Of a DNA stretch of 11,138 nt, positions 6,261 to 11,138 are shown piece after piece. The stretch is from NCBI GenBank assembly GCA_035285125.1, contig JAYKHR010000076.1:1-11138 (forward strand), read 5' to 3'. The notes beneath the pieces are model-generated. The model had not been told where the DNA came from, made no database searches, and saw nothing but the letters and a program-made list of their open reading frames with translations. Positions within the stretch are counted from its first letter, which is position 1, and the number at the start of each line of letters is the position of its first letter. A program made the translations under genes and the position numbers. Source of the DNA: Candidatus Sericytochromatia bacterium. GTDB taxonomy: Bacteria; Cyanobacteriota; Sericytochromatia; S15B-MN24; JAQBPE01.

Positions 6261-7157
6261 TCACGCCCCCGCGGCGGCGGCCTGTGTGGGCCTGGCCCCG
6301 AGCAACGACGCGGCGGCCCGCCAGGCCATCGCCAGCCCGACCAGCCCGGCGGCCACGACAGTCTGGCTGGCCCCCACGGGGAACCCCCCGAGGAAGGCCA
6401 CCAGGTAGCCGCCGGCACCGGCCGTGGCGCCGAACCCGGCAGCAAGGGCGAGCGCCACCGCCGGACGCCGCGCCACGGCGATGGCACCGACGGCGGGCAG
6501 CACGCTGAAGGCGAACACGGGCAAGGCGCCCAGCGCCCGGGTGGTCACGGACACGTACACCGCAAGCATCAGCAGCAGCGCCACGTCGAGCCACGCCACG
6601 GCCAGGCCGCGCACGCGGGCCCGCTCCGGGTCGAGCGTCGCAAACCAGAAGCCGCGGTGCCACCAGGCCAGCCAGCCGCCGATGAGCCCGCCCACCCCCA
6701 GCACGAGGGCCACGTCGGCCGCGTCGACCACGACGCCGGTGCCGAAGAGAATGGCCTGGATGTCGTGCGCCTCCTGGCTGATGCGAGACCCGAGCAGCAG
6801 GGCGCCGCCGCCGCAGAACAGGTACGCCAAAGCCAGCAGGCTCTCGCGCGTCACCACGCGCCGCCCGGGCCAGCGCAGCGCCAGGGTGGCGAGCAGCGTG
6901 AGCCCCAGCGACCAGGCCCGGGGCGCGGCCAGCGAGGCCGCCAGGCCCGCGTGGATCTCGAGGAAGAAGGCCAGGGCGACGCCACAGCCCGCCGCCTGCG
7001 TGAGGGCGGCCGCCGCGAAGACCATCCGGCGCAGCACCACGAAGACGCCGAGCAGCCCGAGCACGGCCCCCGAGACCGCCCCCACCAGGATGGGGTCGCG
7101 AAACAGCTCCCACCCGTCGATCAGCTGCGCCAGGGACGGAGCGGCCTCAAGCGCCAC
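6261..7157 (-). CDS. znuB: Metal (Zn/Mn) ABC transporter permease, ZnuB/MntB (ABC-3) family
   Basis: LGVFVVLRRMVF...GVALA, DIQAILFG, FATLDPERARVRGL, RALGALPVFAFSVLPA, and multiple TM segments. The true start is probably GTG at 7157 after AGGAGGT and overlapping the ATPase 3' end, not 7343 as in the ORF track. Confidence 0.9.
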   Translation of the reverse strand: MALEAAPSLAQLIDGWELFRDPILVGAVSGAVLGLLGVFVVLRRMVFAAAALTQAAGCGVALAFFLEIHAGLAASLAAPRAWSLGLTLLATLALRWPGRRVVTRESLLALAYLFCGGGALLLGSRISQEAHDIQAILFGTGVVVDAADVALVLGVGGLIGGWLAWWHRGFWFATLDPERARVRGLAVAWLDVALLLMLAVYVSVTTRALGALPVFAFSVLPAVGAIAVARRPAVALALAAGFGATAGAGGYLVAFLGGFPVGASQTVVAAGLVGLAMAWRAAASLLGARPTQAAAAGA

Positions 7158-7926
7158 GCGTGACCTCCTGCAGGGGCGCCGTGCCGAGGGGCACGGTGCC
7201 GAAATGCTGCTGGAACACCGGGTGCGCCAGCACGTCGCCGGGCGTGCCCACGACGGCCGCCTGCCCCTCGGCGTCCAGGAACACCGCGTGCTGTGCCTGC
7301 CGGAGCCCCGCCGACAGGCGGTGGGTGACGAGCATCGTGGCACACCCCCGGTTGGCCCGCACCCGCGCCAGGATCGCCAACGTGTCCCGCTCGGCGATGA
7401 GGTCCATGGCCGCCGTGGGCTCGTCGAGGATGATCAGGGCCGGGCGCCCCACCAGCGCCTGGGCCAGCATGATGCGCTGCTGCTGGCCAGCCGAGAGCGT
7501 CTCGAAGCGCTGCCGGGCGAAGGCCTCGGCCCCGACGTCGGCGATCGCCTCGGCCACGGCCCCCCACTGGGCCCGGCTGCGCCACGGCCGCAGGAAGGAC
7601 CAGCCCGCATCGAGCCCCATCGCCACCACGTCGACGCCCCGCATCGGCACCGTGGGCTCGAGCTCGACGCGCTGCGGGACGTAGACCACGGCGGCGGCCG
7701 AGCGCGCGACGCACCCCGACACGGGCGGCAGCAGGCCCAGCAGGGTCCGCAGGAGCGTGGACTTGCCCGCGCCGTTGCGGCCCACGACCACCCAGCTCTC
7801 AGCCGGGTTGATCGCCAGGCTCACGGGGGGCAGCAAGGCACGCCCCCCGTGGCCGATCTCGAGGTTCTGGGCCGCCAGCAACGAGGGGGCATCCCCCCCG
7901 GTGGTGGCCGCGGGGACGGGCCGCAC
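7147..7926 (-). CDS. znuC: Metal (Zn/Mn) ABC transporter ATP-binding protein, ZnuC-like
   Basis: Walker A GRNGAGKS, Q-loop YVPQ, signature LSAGQQQR, Walker B IILDEPT, H-loop LVTH. GTG start with GGAGG RBS. Confidence 0.92.
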   Translation of the reverse strand: MRPVPAATTGGDAPSLLAAQNLEIGHGGRALLPPVSLAINPAESWVVVGRNGAGKSTLLRTLLGLLPPVSGCVARSAAAVVYVPQRVELEPTVPMRGVDVVAMGLDAGWSFLRPWRSRAQWGAVAEAIADVGAEAFARQRFETLSAGQQQRIMLAQALVGRPALIILDEPTAAMDLIAERDTLAILARVRANRGCATMLVTHRLSAGLRQAQHAVFLDAEGQAAVVGTPGDVLAHPVFQQHFGTVPLGTAPLQEVTRGA

Positions 7927-7967
7927 GACTCCTCCAGGCGGGCGGCGGTCAAGGGCCGCCCAGCCCC

Positions 7968-7976
7968 ATCTTACCA
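7968..7976 (-). promoter_or_regulatory. Candidate extended -10 element (TGnTAAGAT) for an internal znuC-znuB promoter
   Basis: The minus strand reads TGGTAAGAT about 42 nt upstream of the znuC start, matching TGnTAnnnT. No clear -35 is visible. Confidence 0.3.
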
Positions 7977-7990
7977 GGGATCCTTGAGGA

Positions 7991-8010
7991 GCGCGGGCGT
8001 TCGCCCGCGC
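7991..8010 (-). terminator. Perfect GC hairpin just after the His-rich lipoprotein gene (terminator or RNA-stabilising stem)
   Basis: GCGCGGGC-GAAC-GCCCGCGC (8-bp stem, 4-nt loop), 9 nt after the stop. There is no poly-U tract. Confidence 0.45.
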
Positions 8011-8019
8011 GCCAGAGGC

Positions 8020-8691
8020 TCACTGGTGGTCGTGGCCGTCGCCGTGCTCGTCGCCGTGCTCGTCGTCGTGCGCCTCGTGCGCCCCGGCCTCGAGCACCAC
8101 CGAGACCTTGGCCCTGGCGGTGGGACCGAAGCGCAGCTCCACGGGGCCCACGCCCACCTCGGCCACGTGCTTGTGCTTGATCGCCGGGCAGGCGGCCTGG
8201 GCAGCCTTCGGGTCGGAGGACTCGAAGGCGATCGCCTTGCCGTCCTGGTACAGGGCCACGGGCAGGGCCTCGGACGCGGCGCCCTCGAAGCCGAGGTAGA
8301 CCACGAGGTCGCCGGCCTTGGCGCTGTTGAGCGTCACGCTGCCCGCGAACTGGGCCCCCTGGGGCGCCAGCGTGACGTCGTAGCGCTTGTGGTCGAGGGC
8401 CACCACGCCGCGGCCCTCGGCCGCCAGCGTGGCCTTCACCTCGGCCGCGGGCCCCTTGGTCATGTGCTCGCAGCCCTCGGACTCGGTGGCATCAGCCGCC
8501 GGGGTCGCAGAGGCCTTCACCGAGGCCGTGGCGGCCGGGGTCGCAGAGGCCTGAGGCGCAGCCGGGGCGACCGAGGCGCCAGCGGCGGGGGTGCCCGTGG
8601 CGGTGGGGGCGGCAGCGGGCTGGGCCGTGCAGGCGGCCAGGGCGCCCGTGAGGGCCACCAGGGTGATCGCGCGGGAGGACAGCTTGAGCAT
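8020..8691 (-). CDS. Uncharacterised lipoprotein with His/acidic C-terminal tail; putative metal-binding accessory protein
   Basis: Lipobox LAAC, Ala/Pro/Thr linker, EGCEHM and CPAIKHKH motifs, tail AHEAHDDEHGDEHGDGHDHQ, and an upstream AGAAAGGA RBS. It lies inside the metal ABC operon. Confidence 0.8.
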   Translation of the reverse strand: MLKLSSRAITLVALTGALAACTAQPAAAPTATGTPAAGASVAPAAPQASATPAATASVKASATPAADATESEGCEHMTKGPAAEVKATLAAEGRGVVALDHKRYDVTLAPQGAQFAGSVTLNSAKAGDLVVYLGFEGAASEALPVALYQDGKAIAFESSDPKAAQAACPAIKHKHVAEVGVGPVELRFGPTARAKVSVVLEAGAHEAHDDEHGDEHGDGHDHQ

Positions 8692-8714
8692 GGGTCGGGT
8701 TGTTCCTTTCTGGG

Positions 8715-9587
8715 TCAGTTGAGCGGTCGCAAGGAGGCGCGCAGCGCCACCTCACGCAGGTGATCCTGGAGGCGATCCCGGCTGGCGACGTCGGCCTCGA
8801 GGGCCACCGGCGCCTCGGCGGCCTGCGCGTGCAGGGCCTCCCAGGGCAGGTCGTCGAAGAGGGTCTCGGGCAGCGCCCAGCTGGCCTCGAGCCGCAGGCG
8901 CGCGGGCCCACCGACCGAGACGCTCACCGGCGCCGCGAGCCGCGTGCGCCATGTGAGGCCCGCCAGCGGGAGGCGCAGGGTGAAGCGCCGCGCCGAGCCC
9001 CCGGCGGCCGGCGCCACCGCCCCGGTGGCCTCCAGCGCGACGGCGCCGAGGGCGACGGCCGCGACGGTGGTCTGCGGGAGGTGGCAGTGGGGCTCGCAGG
9101 CGCCGAGCGAGAGGGCCTGCGAGGCCCCGAGCACCAGGGCCTGGGCCGGGCCGGGCGCCGCAAGGCGCACGAGGGTGGTGGGCTGGCTCGCGCCCGCCCC
9201 CCGGCCGTCGAGCTCGGCCTGGATGTCGGCGTAGTCGATGAGCGCGCCGTCGTCGCGGTGGCAGTGCCCGCCGTGGCAGAGGCCGTAGCCGGGGGGCGGG
9301 TTCGCCGGGTCGAAGGTGCCGCCGCCCCCGCCTGCCCGGCCGGGGGCCGAGGCCTCGCCCTCCAGCGCCAGCGCGGCGAGCTGCAGCCCGAGCCGGCCCC
9401 CGTCCAGCGCGACGCGCCAGCCGTTGTTGGTCTTCCAGCGGCCCGCCTCGTCGAGGCGGCCGGCAGGCAGGCGCGCGGCCAGCCCGAGGCTCGCCTCGCC
9501 CAGCGTGGCGAAGCCGGTGCCAGGGCCCCAGGCACAGGCGGCAAGCGCCCCGGTGGCTGCCAGGGCGCTCAGGGTACGGAGGATCAC
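8715..9587 (-). CDS. Uncharacterised lipoprotein with CHGGHCH and CEPHCH motifs; putative metal-binding accessory protein
   Basis: Lipobox LAAC; FDPANPPPGYGLCHGGHCHRDDG; CEPHCHL. The GTG start overlaps the znuA stop (GTGA), suggesting translational coupling. Confidence 0.8.
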   Translation of the reverse strand: MILRTLSALAATGALAACAWGPGTGFATLGEASLGLAARLPAGRLDEAGRWKTNNGWRVALDGGRLGLQLAALALEGEASAPGRAGGGGGTFDPANPPPGYGLCHGGHCHRDDGALIDYADIQAELDGRGAGASQPTTLVRLAAPGPAQALVLGASQALSLGACEPHCHLPQTTVAAVALGAVALEATGAVAPAAGGSARRFTLRLPLAGLTWRTRLAAPVSVSVGGPARLRLEASWALPETLFDDLPWEALHAQAAEAPVALEADVASRDRLQDHLREVALRASLRPLN

Positions 9588-10519
9588 GGCTTCAGGCCCT
9601 TGTAGACCCGGTCCGCCAGCTCGCCCACGTAGCGTGAGTAGCTCTCACCCTGTTCGAAGCCGGGGCCGCCGGGAAGGGTCACGAGGCGGGCGCCCGTCTT
9701 GGTGGCGAGCAGCTGCCCGACGCTCGTCGGCCAGTAGTCCTCTTGCAGGATCGCCTCGACGCCGAGGGCCCGCATCTGGCCGAGCACCGTCGCGACATGC
9801 CCCGGGGCCGGCGGGATGCCCGGCTTGGGCTCCAGCGTGCTCACCTGCTGCAGGCCCAGCCACTCGAGCAGGTAGATCAGAGACTGGTGGTAAACCACGA
9901 CCTGGCGGCGCTTGGCCGGCAGGGCCGCGAAGCGCCGGGCCTCCGCCTTCGCGAAGGCGTCCAGGCTGCGCTTGAGGGCCGCCGCGCGCAGGCGGTAGGC
10001 CTCGCGGTGCGTGGGGTCGAGGGCGGCGAGGCGCTCGGCCAACGCCACGGCCACCAGGGCGCCGTTGCGCGGGTCGGTCATGTAGTGCGGGTTGCCGCCC
10101 GGGTGGATGTCCCCCATCGAGCGGTCGATGCGTAGCTGCGGCACCTGCTTGAGCGGCACCACGGTGGAGGCGTCGAAGTAGCCCGTGAGGCCACCCGGGC
10201 CGCCTGGCTGGATGCGCGCGTTGCGCGAGCCCGTGATGAGCGTGGGGAGCCAGCCCGTCTCGAGCTCCAGGCCCGTGAGCACCAGCATGTCGGCGCGGTT
10301 GAGGGCCAGCACCAGGTGCGGGCGGGCGTCGACGAAGTGGGGGTCCTGGGTCGGGTAGGCCAGGGCCGTGACCTCGACCGTGTCACCGCCCACCTCCCGC
10401 GCGACGCAGGCGAGGTCGGGCAGGGTGGCGACGACGCGGACCTTCGCGAGGGCGGCCTCGGCGGGCAGCCAGGCCGCAAGGGCCGTGAGCAGGGTGAGCG
10501 AGAGACGCTTCCAGGTCAT
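9584..10519 (-). CDS. znuA: Metal (Zn/Mn) ABC transporter substrate-binding protein, ZnuA/TroA (cluster A-I) family
   Basis: Sec-pathway signal peptide (AEAALA), VVATLPDL, QDPHFVDARP, GLELE, GDIHPGGNPHY, VYHQSLIY, LEPKPGIPP, and an AGGAG RBS. Confidence 0.92.
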   Translation of the reverse strand: MTWKRLSLTLLTALAAWLPAEAALAKVRVVATLPDLACVAREVGGDTVEVTALAYPTQDPHFVDARPHLVLALNRADMLVLTGLELETGWLPTLITGSRNARIQPGGPGGLTGYFDASTVVPLKQVPQLRIDRSMGDIHPGGNPHYMTDPRNGALVAVALAERLAALDPTHREAYRLRAAALKRSLDAFAKAEARRFAALPAKRRQVVVYHQSLIYLLEWLGLQQVSTLEPKPGIPPAPGHVATVLGQMRALGVEAILQEDYWPTSVGQLLATKTGARLVTLPGGPGFEQGESYSRYVGELADRVYKGLKP

Positions 10520-10531
10520 GGATGGGGGCTC

Positions 10532-11138
10532 CTAGAACTTGTGGGCGCCGTGGGCGCCGGTGACGGTCTCCACGGTGAAGAAGGTCGCATAAACGGGCTC
10601 AGGCTGCCAGCTGGGGCGATCGACGCTGGCCTGCAGCCGGAAGCGGGAGAACTCGGTCGGCCAGAAGGTCACGTTCGCCGACCAGCGGCCCCGGTCGCCC
10701 GTCCACTCGGGGTCGAGCGGGTCGCCGTTCAGGCCCGTGACGAGCTCGTAGCGAAGCGCCGTCCCCCACTGCTGTGCGAAGCGCCAGAACAGCGAGCTGT
10801 AGCCGCCGTGGTCGACGAGCAGGCCGCCCGGGGCCTGGCGGCGTCGGGTCATCGCCTCTGTCGTCCAGGTCACGGTGTAGAAGGTCGCGCCCGTGAGCGG
10901 CCGCCACTTGAGGTAGACGTCGGTGCCGAGCAGGTCCGTGCGGTTGGATCGGCCCGAGCCGTTGGGCCCGGTGGCGCCGTTGAGGCCCCAGGCCAGCGAC
11001 CAGTCGGGGCTGAGCGGGAAGAACTGCCGCAGCGAGGTCGTGAGCTGGGTGTCGAGGGGCGAGCGCACGCCGAGGCCCTGGTTGCCGTAGAAGCTGCGCG
11101 CGGTGGCCCCGCCGGTGGCGTCGGTGGCGGAGCCGACG
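10532..11138 (-). CDS. Outer-membrane beta-barrel protein of metal-uptake operons (often annotated zinc-regulated outer membrane receptor); 5'-truncated by the window
   Basis: The frame is open to the window edge (VGSATDATGGATARSFYGNQGLGVRSP...), with aromatic/amphipathic strands, PTEFSRFRLQ, and C-terminal GAHGAHKF ending in Phe. It sits directly upstream of znuA. Confidence 0.75.
   Translation of the reverse strand, partial: VGSATDATGGATARSFYGNQGLGVRSPLDTQLTTSLRQFFPLSPDWSLAWGLNGATGPNGSGRSNRTDLLGTDVYLKWRPLTGATFYTVTWTTEAMTRRRQAPGGLLVDHGGYSSLFWRFAQQWGTALRYELVTGLNGDPLDPEWTGDRGRWSANVTFWPTEFSRFRLQASVDRPSWQPEPVYATFFTVETVTGAHGAHKF

Noticed and set aside
7158..7343. N-terminal extension of the permease given in the ORF track
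   Set aside because: It overlaps znuC by about 200 nt. GTG at 7157 has a strong AGGAGGT RBS and gives a normal-length permease.
8498..8552. 19-bp direct repeat gccggggtcgcagaggcct (8498-8516, 8534-8552)
   Set aside because: Only two copies, in frame, encoding ASATPA in a lipoprotein linker. It is not a CRISPR array or a mobile-element end.
4297..8763. Long plus-strand ORFs 4297-6408 (703 aa) and 6424-8763 (779 aa), and similar overlapping ORFs
   Set aside because: These are antisense shadows of well-supported minus-strand genes in GC-rich DNA, with Arg/Gly/Ala-rich translations and no recognisable motifs.
1..11138. Mobile elements, tRNA/rRNA (including tRNA-Sec), CRISPR arrays, Zur box
   Set aside because: None recognisable. 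The intergenic gaps are short, and the operon's 5' regulatory region lies outside the window.

Overview
GC-rich bacterial DNA with two convergent gene blocks. Plus strand (1-4139): the 3' end of a probable pilB with a CxxC tail, then pilT, pilC, a SigB/F/G-family (group 3) sigma factor most like cyanobacterial SigF, and a TPR-like protein. Minus strand (11138 to 4144): a Zn/Mn-type metal uptake operon (partial outer-membrane protein ending GAHGAHKF, ZnuA-like binding protein, two uncharacterised Cys/His-rich lipoproteins, ZnuC-like ATPase, ZnuB-like permease), then an AMIN-like/beta-barrel-like protein and a rhodanese-domain lipoprotein. The main hidden signal is in the rhodanese gene. The ORF track stops it at an in-frame UGA, but the frame continues for 54 more codons that complete the rhodanese fold (YCT-UGA-PDEHSSA...LQGGLGAW). 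A SECIS-like hairpin lies directly after the UGA, so this is a probable exported selenoprotein with a CxU motif. The cyanobacterial-type pilus and sigma sequences in high-GC DNA suggest a non-photosynthetic relative of Cyanobacteria such as Sericytochromatia; this is an inference only.
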